A DNA stretch of 64,000 nt, from contig CM119371.1 of the NCBI GenBank assembly GCA_051294905.1, forward strand, positions 6,388,001-6,452,000, written 5' to 3'. Position numbers and translations under genes: made by a program. Position 1 is the stretch's first letter; each line of letters begins with the position of its first letter. Positions 12,201 to 24,473 of the stretch are shown in pieces. Under the pieces are notes generated by a model. That model did no database searches. It worked only from the letters and a program-made list of their open reading frames with translations, and was not told the origin of the DNA. This stretch comes from Botryllus schlosseri (Eukaryota).

Positions 12201-15200
12201 ATAGCGGTTATTTATATCCCAGATGGAAAAGGGTTTTTGCAAATAGAATGTTTTGAAAACCCTACAACACATCTCTAACCAGCAATATCTTTGTATCATT
12301 GAGTAGACTAATGGTTACCAAAATGATTTTCCCTAGTAGAATATTTCGTCTAAGACCGTAATTCTGTTTATGTCAGTCCGGAAGTTTGAACAGTTATGAA
12401 GCGAAACTACCTCGTGATTTCTCTAATTGAAAAATACAAATTTGGTTTTCAACCATTTTGCAAATTTGGAGGATTTGCGGACCCCCCGAAAATGTTTGGT
12501 GGACCCTCGATTCATAATCTTTGTATTGGATTAATCTATACTGCTACTACGACAACGTAAGCTGTGATCATTTCATTTGTGGTCAATAGCTCGATGTCTT
12601 TGTGATGTAACAATAGAGCAGTGGTTCCCAACCTTCCAGGTGGTACACAAGTAGATTCTGTTTTATTTTCGATCGAAGGTAGTTAGTAGTACAGGTGTGG
12701 GTGATTTTGAGTTGTGTACCGCTGTGTACCGCTACTCATCATCTGTGTTCACCGTCCATTTAGTGGGGCAGCTTTGGTCGTCCACACGCGCAAAGCGCAA
12801 AAAATTTCAAAATACATGATGTAACCGGTCAATATGATCGGGAACTGAAGATATATTGTTATCAATTATTATCCTCTCTCTGCCCACGTAATCAGATTTA
12901 ACGATACCAATCCAACGGAGTAGTCTGTTCTCATCTATCAACAAACTTGCACTGATGGTCATTGTTCATGCAGAAAGCCGATTCTAATAAGATACCGTAG
13001 AGATGATGTCTATTCGGGATTGAATATGGTTGTGTTTTATAGTTGGAACTTGGAAGAGTTTTTTCTAGCGTGTCTAAAAGTGAGTGATTCGAATTTTGGT
13101 TACTCAATTTGAAAATCCAGTAGTTGGACAAGTCTGATGGAGAACGGTGCTTTTTCCATGCATGCATCCATATCTTAACTATGGCCTGTAATAGAGTTTG
13201 CATGAAGATATATCTCCGAAAAGGTTATGATACCGAGTATTGACATTCTCCAGCACTTGTTCAGTACGCCTTTACACATTCAGAAGTGATCCCCATGATC
13301 ACACCTATCAGCGTTCCCAAAAATACCAGACTATGGTACACAAACGCAAATGAAATATCTGACACTGTCACATTTTCGTTTTGGCGATCGAAAATGATGT
13401 ATTGTTTGCGCACATTCCAAAGGTGCATTGTATTTCGCAAGTCAAATGCAACTCAATTGTCGTATCGATTGAAAGAGATATCCAGGTAAAGACAGAAGAG
13501 ATGAAAATAGGGAGCACTTAAATATCACGCAAAAACCATAACTGTCAGCATGTCCATGGGGTATATTGATCGGAGGTAATCATGGGGAACATTTCCCAAT
13601 GTGTGCTGTATACCGAAGAAAATATTGCAGCACGTGCATAAGTTGGCTAATTGTCAAAATCTTCAAACTTATTGTTTTTGTATAAAGCTTGTATCCCTGG
13701 AAGTATTGATGTTTGTCTCATGTTGTTTGGTTCAAGTTGCATTATGATTTGTGTTAGAAGCATATAGAGCTGCTTAATTATGGTCTCTTATTGTTGGTTC
13801 CTAACTTCCTATATTCATATTTTCACTGTTGAAAATGTCACTAGTACCGATGGGCACAGGCACAATGATTCCAGTAACGTACACGAATGTAGTATTAATT
13901 GTGATAATTCAAGTTGAGTATTTAAAGATGATTTTTTCAAGTACGGTACTGTAATCATACACTCCTTGATGCGATACTAAGGGCAGAGATAATAAAGTTC
14001 GATTAGCAACAAAGTCGATTATCGCGTTTGTCAGGATTTATCAACCCAGGATTAAGGAAACCGGTTGATCGCAACGCATAAAGTTAGTGTTAATCTCATG
14101 ATTTAAAAAAAACGAACAAACTATAGATAACTAGTTATCTATAGCAACTGCGGACGCTGCATACCATTCCTACGCAGAAATAATTCCGATAATGACCATG
14201 TCAACCCGACTATCTCCTAGGTAATGGCTTCACTAAACAATCAACGAAACATGTACCCGCCATTGCAGAGCGATATCAATATTCTATAATCCGTTTGGTA
14301 GCTGTACCATTCGAATTGGACAAGACTTTCATTTCGCGATGATGATAATTCTACCTGCAATTGAAGTATCGTTATCAACCGAGGCTGCTGTTTCATTCAA
14401 CTGTACATTCTATAATTCAACATATTAACAACTGACAGCGTATAACTCGTTTTCGCATTATGATGCAACAGATAACGTTACTTGATTGAAAACTCGCGGC
14501 ATCTCGACTATCCATCGCGCGTAACCTTTCCCAACTTTATGCGTCGCGATTTGCAGTGATTAATCACACAATTAGCGTTCTGCCGTATCAGCTAACTTTA
14601 TTATCTCCACCTAAAATGCATCCAGATGAGCAGTTTTTAATCACATGATTAGCATTATTCCGGATCAGCTAACTTTATTATCTCCGCCCTTAGGGTTGTA
14701 TTATTACTGCCATCGGTGATTGAATTTGTTGGAAGTAAAGCAATCAGTTATGATGAGCTGAATTTCTCTTTTTAAAATGCAAACACTTCCTTATCATGTT
14801 TATATCTAATTAGGAGGGTTATTACTATTTGAAAATTGGTTTGGTATTTTTCATGCTGCCAACACAACGCCCGTAAAAATGATAAGTGGAAATGCAAATA
14901 AATTCATAGCGAGACTTACAAACGACTGCTGCCGAGATACTGGGTAACAGCCTATGTTTATTAGCACTACATCAGACTTGGATAACTAAATAATTCTAGT
15001 TGTATTATTAGACTAAATAGAGCAAAATAGTATGGTAGTTATATAATTGGAATCTAATTTGTGAAATGTTAATGTATTCTAATTCTACTCAAGTTTTTGC
15101 TGTTCCTGAAAATGCTACAAGAAATCCATGTTGTTCGAAATCGACTAAACTCTATTTACAGACATTTCATATTCTCGATTTTATGGGACTGAATTCTGAT

Positions 15201-16060
15201 TTGATATCTACTGAACTTCATTTCGTTGTGATGTGGAAATTAATTCAAGTTTGAAGCTTTTGCAAATTCAGTAATTCTTATTTAATTTGGAAACATAATT
15301 TGTGTTGTTCTGAAATTCTTCAATGGCAATCATCCCAATATTATTTTGATTTAAAATGTCGTCATTGTGTCGCAACATCCATCGATCATTAACGATGTTT
15401 GATTTTGACTGATTTTGACTACAGGTATAGTAGTTCTGTTTAATGTAAAACGAGTCAAGCTTGACGGACAGGCATATTTGCTATTCTCTAACTTATGAGA
15501 ATGGACTCTGATATGAAGTGAGCTTGGTTCAAGTATTCACGAATTAAGATAAATGTAATTTATTTTGGAAAGAAATGTGTTACTAGAATTCTGATTTTAA
15601 TCTAATTTTAAAAACCTGAAAATCTATGTGTTCAAGTCTGCCTGTTATCTGTTGAGATATTTTCTGAAAAATCACAAAGCCTGGCGAGGACACATTTTGT
15701 AGAATGCCACTCTTTATTACATAGCACATTTTAATTACTCCTAATGAACAGTATTTGAAATTAATTTTCCATTTTCGCTAAGCAATGTCCAAGTCTGGGA
15801 CCAAGCCTAAATCAGCTTTAGTACAGGTGCCGTAAAACCTACGAAGAGTTGCTAATTTCGAATTGTGTGTGGACAGGTTTAAGATTAGCACAAGTTGGTT
15901 TATAGAATTGAATAAATACTGAAATATCTGTATTCTATCTCTACATGATATTCTTGACGGAATATTCAAGAGCCTGAAAAGCAGAAGTCACCCTTATTTG
16001 CACTGAATCTTCATTAACATTTTTTGTTTTATGTGAAAATCATTTAATAATGGTTCTGTA

Positions 16061-18051
16061 CAGGCGCGTAGCCAGCCGAAAAATAAGGGAGGGGTTTGAA
16101 ATAAAAGGGGGGGGGGTTTCGATTTTTTCAGAATTTAGTAACGTAGCATTGACTCATTAGGGTTAAGTACATGCGATGCGTAAATAACGATTATACAACA
16201 TCCCCGTGTTGGCGATTATAGGCGTACGATAAGCTTTTCGACGAGTCCGGAAGTGCTGTTAATTAGCGACTCCCTGATCTGTCGTGAACAATGAAATACG
16301 CACGCGTCGAACATTTGAATACGCGGCTTATCAACGCGCTGAACAATTAAATTCGCGCGCTTGTCAAGGCGTCCAACAATTAAATACGCCCGCTCATCAA
16401 TGCGTCTTGCGTCTTACGTAGCCTCGGCGACGATTTAGGCAAGTAAAAATGTACGAGTTTTTATGGAATATGTGCTATAATGACGCCGATTTCAGGTGGT
16501 TCAAACCTTCACCTCTTATAACTCAAGCTTACTGGACTATAGCTGAAGACTAGTGGAAATCAATTACGCATGTACGCACGCGTCGAACATGATTGCGGAC
16601 ATTCGATGTCATTCAGTTACGAGATGTAACTCTTTAATCACAATCGCTAATCAGCATATACTTAATAGCATTTTATCTAAGTCATCTAGAAATACGAGGC
16701 AAAGCATGGTAGGCCCAAGACGCGGCAGTTAGGCTAGCGATATCTTTAGTACGAGGCCTATTCCAGATGCGATTGTGTAGGCCTACGAAGATATCGTGCA
16801 CAATGCCACTGCAGATGTGATTGTGAAGGCCAGTGACTATATCGTGCGCCGCGGGCCTATTGCAGATGTGATCATTCAAGCCAGCGGAGTTCGGCTTGTT
16901 GGAGACGCGGTAAATCAGGCTAGTAATGATTGCCGAACGCGCGACAATAAATGACCTGATTTCGCCAATCATCTAAACGGGAGATCGTGTCGCATTACAT
17001 TGTGCAGTGCAATGCACAGGACGAATCTCGCTAATTAGAAACATGTCTTTCGTTAATTGACCGCGCGCAGTACTGATATTACGACTTATTGAATTGCAAC
17101 CAAGTATTAGCGTCAGATAGAAATATTAGAGTTGCCACTTCAGGCGATATAATGAACCAATTTTTAGAGACCAATTATTTTCATTCTGCAGCCATTTTAT
17201 AATACAGAAAAGGCACATCTGGCATCGCTACTGTGCATACAGGCAGGGATATTTAGGATTCCAAGATTTCCATACCTAGGCCGTACTTATCCGTATAATC
17301 CACCCATTTGCTAGTCCAGAGCACCGTTACACTGTGCAGTGCAATGCGCACAGACGAATCTCGCTAATTAGCAACACGTCTTTCGTTAATTGGCCGCGCC
17401 TTAAGTTAATTCGCCGCGCGCAATACTGATAATATTAGGCTTACCATACGTCCTCTTTTAAGAGGATTTGTCCTCTTTTTTGACTTTTTTGAAAGTGTCC
17501 TCGGAGGACGCCCTTTTGTCCTCTTTTTTGAGATTTTGTCCTCTTTTTTGAAAATTTAGGTCAGATTTAGAGGAAATTGCGAGTGATATGCCGCAAACTA
17601 GCGCAGAAGTGAAGCTCCGGCGGGTATTTCGGAGGGAAAAGTGGTGATTTCAGCTCTGAGCGAAAAGAAGACCTTTTTTTTTTTTTTTTTTTTTTTTTTG
17701 TTTAGTCATCCACCTGGTAATGTGGAGTGAAAAACGTGTTTTTGAGCTCTGAGTGGAAGTGATGACCTTTTTTTTTTTTTTTTAGTCAACCGATCATGAA
17801 GTGGGAAAAATTTACCGGTTTTTGAGAATTCTTCTCCAGTTTTGCATGTCTGAAATTTCTGAAAAAGTGTCCTCTTTTTTCATTCCCGAAATATGGTAAG
17901 CCTAGATAATATGACTTATTGAATTGCAAACGAGTATTAGCGTCAGAGCGGTCATTTAAAAAGAGCAAGGTTTCGCGTTAAAGGAGGGGGTTTCGCGTTT
18001 CTAAAGGAGGGGGTTTCGACCCCCGAAACCCCCTCCCTGGCTACGCGCCTG
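16061..18051. mobile_element. Non-autonomous hAT element
   Basis: Perfect 15-bp TIR CAGGCGCGTAGCCAG. Perfect 8-bp TSD GTTCTGTA at 16053-16060 and 18052-18059. Confidence 0.92.
17436..17904. mobile_element. hAT MITE nested in 16061-18051
   Basis: TIR TAGGCTTACCATA...TATGGTAAGCCTA. Perfect 8-bp TSD GATAATAT at 17428-17435 and 17905-17912. Subterminal GTCCTCTTTT repeats. Confidence 0.92.
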
Positions 18052-18498
18052 GTTCTGTAATTTTGACGCTGTTGTTTATGCACAGTTGATTTTGTGCACA
18101 AGTTTTGTATAGTAATACATCAGTTGTGTGATGTGATGGATTTTGGTCTTCGTGACTAGGTGAAAATTTGTGGTTTGTCGAAGGCTTGCAGATTATTGTA
18201 TGGGCTCGCCAGGTTATTTGGAAAAGGTCAAGAACCACTGCTATAAACGTCCCAAATGTTCTATCCGCAGCCAATCTCCATAAAGGACTCTGAAATGTAA
18301 TTGTGATCTTGTATATTGTTGTTTATCACACTGCTCCGTTTTTGCTAATTCCTTCTGTATTTCAGACTGTGTCATAATATAAGAATTATAATACTGTGTA
18401 ATAGCTCATTCCAAGCTATTGTTGAAAACTCGTTTTCAAGAAGAGAGCGGTTGATGTGTCATGCTTGAAGAAGTAAAGTAATATATAGCTAATCCAGA

Positions 18499-19679
18499 AG
18501 AAGGACAAGGAACATCTGTGAAGAGAGCTTCCATCGCAAAGACGGATTGAAAGCTCACTTGCGATTCCACCTTATAGATAAAAATACCGAATGTGAGATC
18601 TGCGGAAAAACCTTTGCTGCAATCACTTTATTGAAACAACATTTACTATCCCACATTTTGAAAAATCATGAACGCACGGGCAATGGCAAAGAGTTTAGTC
18701 TGATCGGTCACTTGAAAAGACATGCGGATACACGTACTCCTCGTCGTGAAGTCAAAAACAAGGACTGTCAGATATGTGGAAAATCGTTTATGCGGGTTGG
18801 CGACCTGAAAACGCATGGAAATATACATACTGGAAGCAAAAGCTATGTATGTCAGATCTGTGGAAAAACGTTTGCACAACTGAGTCGCTTGAAAACACAT
18901 GGACATACACATACTGGTGTAAAAAACTATGTATGTCAGATCTGTGGAAAAGCTTTTAATCGGCTTGGTGACTTGAAAACACATGAGAATACACATACTG
19001 GAGTAAAAAACTATGAGTGTCAGATCTGCGGGAAAGAGTTTGTTTATCTCAGTAACTTGAGAACACATGTGAATACACATACCGGAGTCAAATATTATGA
19101 GTGTCAGATATGTGGAAAAGCTTTTAATCGGCTTGGTGACTTGAAAAAACATGAACATGCACATGCCGGAGTCAAAAACTATGCATGTCAGATCTGCGGA
19201 AAAGCTTTTGGTCGGTTTGGTGACTTGAAAACACATGAAAATACACATACTGGAGTGAAAAATTATGCGTGTCAGATCTGCGGAAAAGTGTTTACCCAGC
19301 TTGGTACCTTGAATAGACATGGACATACACATACGGGAGTCAAAAATTATGCATGTCAGATGTGCGGAAAAGCGTTTACCCATCTTGGTACCTTGAATAG
19401 ACATGGACATACACATACGGGAGTCAAAAATTATGCATGTCAGATCTGCGGAAAAGTGTTTACCCAGCTTGGTACCTTGAATAGACATTGACATACACAT
19501 ACTGGAGTCAAAAATTATGCATGTCAGATCTGCGGAAGAGTGTTTACCCGGTTAGTATCTTGAAAACCCATGTGAATACACATACCGGATTCAAAAATTA
19601 TGCATGTCAGATCTGCGGAAAAGCCTTTACCCGGCTTGGTAACTTGAAAAGGCATGGGAATACACATACAGTAGAATAG
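18499..19679 (+). pseudogene. C2H2 zinc-finger array paralogue, probably a pseudogene (~14 finger units)
   Basis: ORF 18547-19491 starts at TTG; the ATG used by copy A reads AGG here and finger 1 is partly deleted. GGA>TGA nonsense change at 19489, 1-nt deletion near 19551, ancestral stop GTAGAATAG ending 19679. Confidence 0.85.
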
Positions 19680-20406
19680 TCTTTTCTTCTCGCGATGATG
19701 ATCTTGAACATGATGCAGCAATATTGACAGAAATACCATATACTAAAATATGCTATAACTCCGCTATCATATCGATACGATTTCATATTGCGATCAAATC
19801 TATGCGAATACTCAGCACATATATCTTTGAATCACCTTTCCGGCTAAATGATTTCTGTGTGTGCCGGGTGTGTAGAAATAAATGGTGGTTGACTTGTATG
19901 TTCGTGTTACTAAGCCTCTTGCCCATGTCCATTTATCGCTGCCACAATAAAATTTATGTTCACGTTGTTTTTTCCACCTAATTTTTTTCTGTTTGAAAAT
20001 GTTTCTCCCGTTTCATATTTTAATCACACCGTATGATTACTGTCTGAAAACTTGTTTCTCACTGCCCTAATCAGTTTCAATGAACACTTTTTTGTGGTAA
20101 TTTGCGCTGGGTCTGTTGTTCAGAGAAGTTTGATGTGGATATTCAAATCTTTGTATCACCGTGTGATGAGCTAATACTATAGTTTATGTCACCTAAATTT
20201 TAAGCTTTGTGCGCATTATCCTTTGTCATATTCTCGGGTAATTAGCGGTCTGCGCATATTATTTTTTATTTCATTTCAAATTGTAATGTTGTGGCCATTT
20301 TGTAAATATGTGTCTCTTCCTGCCATTCATTTCATGCAATTTGTCGACATTTTCACTTCCTCATTTTCAATTCGTTCATATTAATGGTTAATTATGGAGC
20401 TACAAT

Positions 20407-23400
20407 CAGGGATATCTAGAAGCTCGGGATTGGACAATATGCGCGTGACGTCAGACAACGCGGCCCGGAGTAGGCCGACAGTCTGCGATCAGCCGTGAGA
20501 AGCGCTTCCGTGTTTGCTGTAGATAGGGACAAAAGTCGGCCGATTCACATGCGATCAGCTGTCAGAAGCGAAGGAAGTGCTTATGCGGTGTACAATTTCC
20601 GCGATCTTGTAGCTTGGTGGAGTTTAGATGTACCGGTATGTTGTACAATTTCCGGTACGTAGGTGTAGGTTTGTGGTGTTTAGATGTCTAAACAACGTGC
20701 TATTTTAGAGCAGTTTGCATCAGGGAAGTCTTCTGCCGTCTGAACTCGCGCTAGATTATTTATCATTGGCACATTTTATTGCAGCACTATACTATACGAG
20801 CTAAATGATACAGTATAGAAATGGGCTATAAATGTTGTGTTCCGGGATGCAGATCTGGATATAAAAAGACAAAAGATGAATCGGAAAGCAGCAACAGCAC
20901 TGTTGTTTCATGCTATAGCTTTCCATCTGATCCCATCATGCGCAAAAAATGGATTAAAACAATCCCAAGAAAAGCTCTAGTTGCTTCATCTGGACAAAAA
21001 GTTTGCCGTTTACACTTTTCGGATGACGATTTCGAATATACTTCAAGTGACAAGAAGTCTCGGCGCTTGAAACATCGTGGTTGTGTAGCATTATCGAGAC
21101 AACGGCTCAAATCTACTGCTGTGCCTCATATTTTTTCAACTTTGCCAAATTATCTAACAAGCCCCAATCCGAGACCTCGAAGTAAGAACTGCTCCTCCTC
21201 TGCTCGCCTTTCCACCGAGAATTCCCGCAGAGAAAAATGCAATGAGGAGTTTATTCAGCAAGAATGTGTGGTTGACCTACTCTCTTTGAAAGAAAAGTTT
21301 CAGAAAGAGCTTCTACCTGCTGGGTATGTCTATTCTACTGATGATGAAACATTGCAGTTCCACCTTATAACTTCGTCAAATGATATTCATCAGACGCCCA
21401 TACTCACAGCTTCTGTGATAGTATCGAAGGACATGAAGATTCGTGCATTCATTAAAGGCGCCCCTGTTCCGCCTTCCAATTATGACGATTTATTGAGTGC
21501 AAGTTACGTTCAGAAGACATCTGAATTGAACAACATTCTTGCCAGATGCAAGTCGTTGTCCAGCGGCGATAGTAATTTCAACCACATAGAATTTACTGTA
21601 TCTCTATTGGAGGAGTACCTGACTGTGCAGATGTCATCTACTAACTGTGCAGATTTCAACCCAATGTTGATCAGATTTATTATTGAGCAATTGTCACTCT
21701 GTCAAGTGACCCGCAATTCCCGGAGATACTCGACAGATCTTCTAACCACTGCATTCATGTGGAAATTTACAAGTCCAGCTCTCTATACACAGCTTCTGAA
21801 CATTTTTGCTTTGCCATCAGTACGCCACCTTCGCAGATTATGTGAAGATATGACAGTGTCGCCAGGCAAACTTGATATGACGTATTTGAAGGAAAGGACT
21901 AAATCTTTATCCGACCGAGAAAAAATTGTAACCTTAATGATAGACGAGGTTTATACCGCACAGCGCGTGGAATATACAAATGGTTCTTTCATCGGGTTAA
22001 CGGAAAGTGGCAATCCCGCTAAGACGGTGTTAACATTCATGGTGCAATCACTTTTTGGGAAGTACAAGGATGTGGTTTGTCTCATTCCGGTTGACAAACT
22101 TGACACTGAGACGCTGCGAACATGGTTTGATGAAGTGATGGAAAAGATCAACGATATACTACGGGTGGTAGCAATATCAACAGACAACCATGTCTGTAAC
22201 CGGTGAGTTTTTATATCCTTGTTGGTTTTTGAAGTTGTTAAACAGGCATTTAATACTTATTTTTAGGAAATTATTCATGGATCTCTGTAATGGAGAACTT
22301 CGTCATAGCATCGAACATCCATATCGACACCGAGAAAAATTATTTTTGATTTTCGATTTCACTCACAACTTCAAAAACATCTTCAACCATTTTGTGAATA
22401 AGAAGCAGATGCACCCCCCTACTAAAGACAATGAGGATATACTGGGAGTGTCATGCCATGCAAAGTTCCTTCATATCAAAACCCTCTATGCTCTGGAAGA
22501 AGGCAAGACATTGAAAGTTGCACATCAACTCAAAAAAGTTTCTCTTAATCCCAGCAGCATCGCCCGAACTTCACCTCAGCACGCTTTGAGTAAGTATCAT
22601 ATCAATGTTAGCTCGCCGTCTCGACTTTGAACAATCCTTGGTAAAGATCATGACCTGATTGCTGCCCTTTTCTTCAGGTGTGTTTAGTGATTCAACAGTA
22701 GTGGGACTAAAGCACTTCGCAAAGGAAGGACATCCAGAATTTCTGCAAACTGCAAAATATGTTGAATTCATCCAAACCATTTGGAATATCATGTCTGTTA
22801 AAAGCCCAAGTAAAGGTAAAACTTCCATTACATAGGTTTCTTGCTGCAATTTGACTTTTATCTGATGCGACAAAATATTCATTTCAGCCGTGCGGAAAAG
22901 AAATTCATTTTTCACGCCACTGCAAATTGGTGAGGATCATCCCGGTGTTACCTATTTGAGAAGAGCCATCAACATTTTCAAGAATTGGCAAAAGTCGGGC
23001 TGTGCTGGTCTCAGCAATGAAACATTCATGGCCTGTATTCAGACAATGGGGGCTGTGCTATCGTTGACGGAGCATCTGCAAGTAACTCAGAATGTGGAAT
23101 ATTTATTATCCGGGAAAATAATGTCCGACCCAATCGAAGCCCGATTTGGGATGTATCGGCAGAGCAATGGCGGTAATTTCTTCATGTCTGTGAAGCAATT
23201 GCTGCTGGCGGAAAAAAAAATTCGGTGTCTAAGCCTGCTGCAGCGGGATGGACTGTCCAGAGCAATTATCAGTTGTGAACCGGGCGAGGAAGATGCATCA
23301 GCAAACCACGAAGATTTCCAGTGGCTTGCTGACTTCATGAAAACTGTCGTCACAAATGATGTGGACGATACTGATGCATCTGTTGTAGTCTTTGTTAGTG

Positions 23401-24125
23401 GATATATTGGTCGCTCAATTTTCCGCCGTAGGCGTTGTGACGACTGCAGAGGCGTGCTCATATCCGGTATTAATAATGTTCCAGATATTAATGGCTGCAT
23501 TCCTGAGAGATATAAAACGATTTTTGACATGGCAGATCGTGGAGGACTTGCTGAACCAACTGAAATTTGCTTTGCCATTACATTATTGGCTGTGCAGTAT
23601 TTCTCAGCTGTTTCAGCAGATGAAGACACGTTAAAAAAGTTTATGTGCTGTATGAATCAGCGCAACGTTTTTTTGAATGCAATGCGTTATGTTGTGTCTT
23701 CTACATCTCGTTTTCGTCACCTCATGCATGTCAAATGTAAATCTAGCCATTTGAACTTCAACCTTATTGTGCAAAGTGCTTTCAATTGTTTTGCAAAAAA
23801 TCACCTCAAGCGTTTGAATGCCAGACCGATGCTTGAAGAGGCACCGAAGAAAAACTTTCGCAAGATCTGCAAACTGACTTCGAAGGCTTCTGCAAAATGC
23901 TAAATGGTGTCATATTGACGTCGCCACGACAACTGACTGTGACGTCACCGTGACAACTGACATCCCTATTGTTATTTATTGTGTTATTTCCTAATAAATA
24001 TGTACAAAAGACACGTCCTTGATGTTTTGCGAAGTCTTTTGCAGCTGCTTGGTTGCATCAACATAGGCCTACTTCAGGGCACCTTGAAAAGAGGTGTCCA
24101 ATCCCGGAGTTTCAAGATATCCCTG
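20407..24125 (+). mobile_element. P-element superfamily DNA transposon, full length (3719 bp)
   Basis: ~31-bp TIR CAGGGATATCT(A/T)GAA(G/A)CTC(C)GGGATTGGACA. Perfect 8-bp TSD GCTACAAT at 20399-20406 and 24126-24133. The empty paralogous site is at 10065-10072. Confidence 0.95.
20821..23903 (+). CDS. P-element (THAP9-like) transposase; join(20821..22202,22267..22589,22678..22815,22888..23903), 952 aa
   Basis: N-terminal THAP domain (CCVPGC..FP..W..VCRLHF); RNase H-like motifs LMIDE, STDN, FDFTHNFKN and SDPIEARFG; C-terminal SGYI..CDDC..DRGGL. Three GT-AG introns join 2859 nt in frame without a stop. Confidence 0.92.
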
Positions 24126-24473
24126 GCTACAATAAGCTCCTTATAGTCTGATATGATATTCTGTCAGCTTTTTGCTAGTAGTATCTTCCAATTCCAGCAG
24201 TATACAGCATCCTTACAAAGACAATGTGAAATGGATCCCTGTATGATTTGTGATACAGGTGATTAGCCCATCATTGTTCGCTATCATTTGTGATGATGAG
24301 ATTGTAAACAGTCAGCCGCAGCACATAATATTTTTATTCTGTTTAGCTGACTGCAAGAGCATCACCTAACAGATCACTGGTATCAGGATTGACGCAAAAT
24401 GTGCAATTCGAACTAGTACTAGTTGGTCCTCACTTTTCAAGATTCGCAACTCAAACTAGTATCTTCATTTCAG

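Larger units (their letters stand above)
18246..24345 (+). repeat. Segmental duplication copy B (ZF pseudogene plus flanks, interrupted by the P element)
   Basis: Colinear with 4590-10295. It lacks the Kolobok insert and carries the P element instead. Similarity ends near 24345, where Plk-type intron sequence begins. Confidence 0.9.

Noticed and set aside
20913..23634. Separate ORFs 22190-22630, 22571-22915, 23087-23629 and 23392-23634
   Set aside because: They are exon 2 read-through or antisense/alternate-frame shadows of the spliced P transposase.
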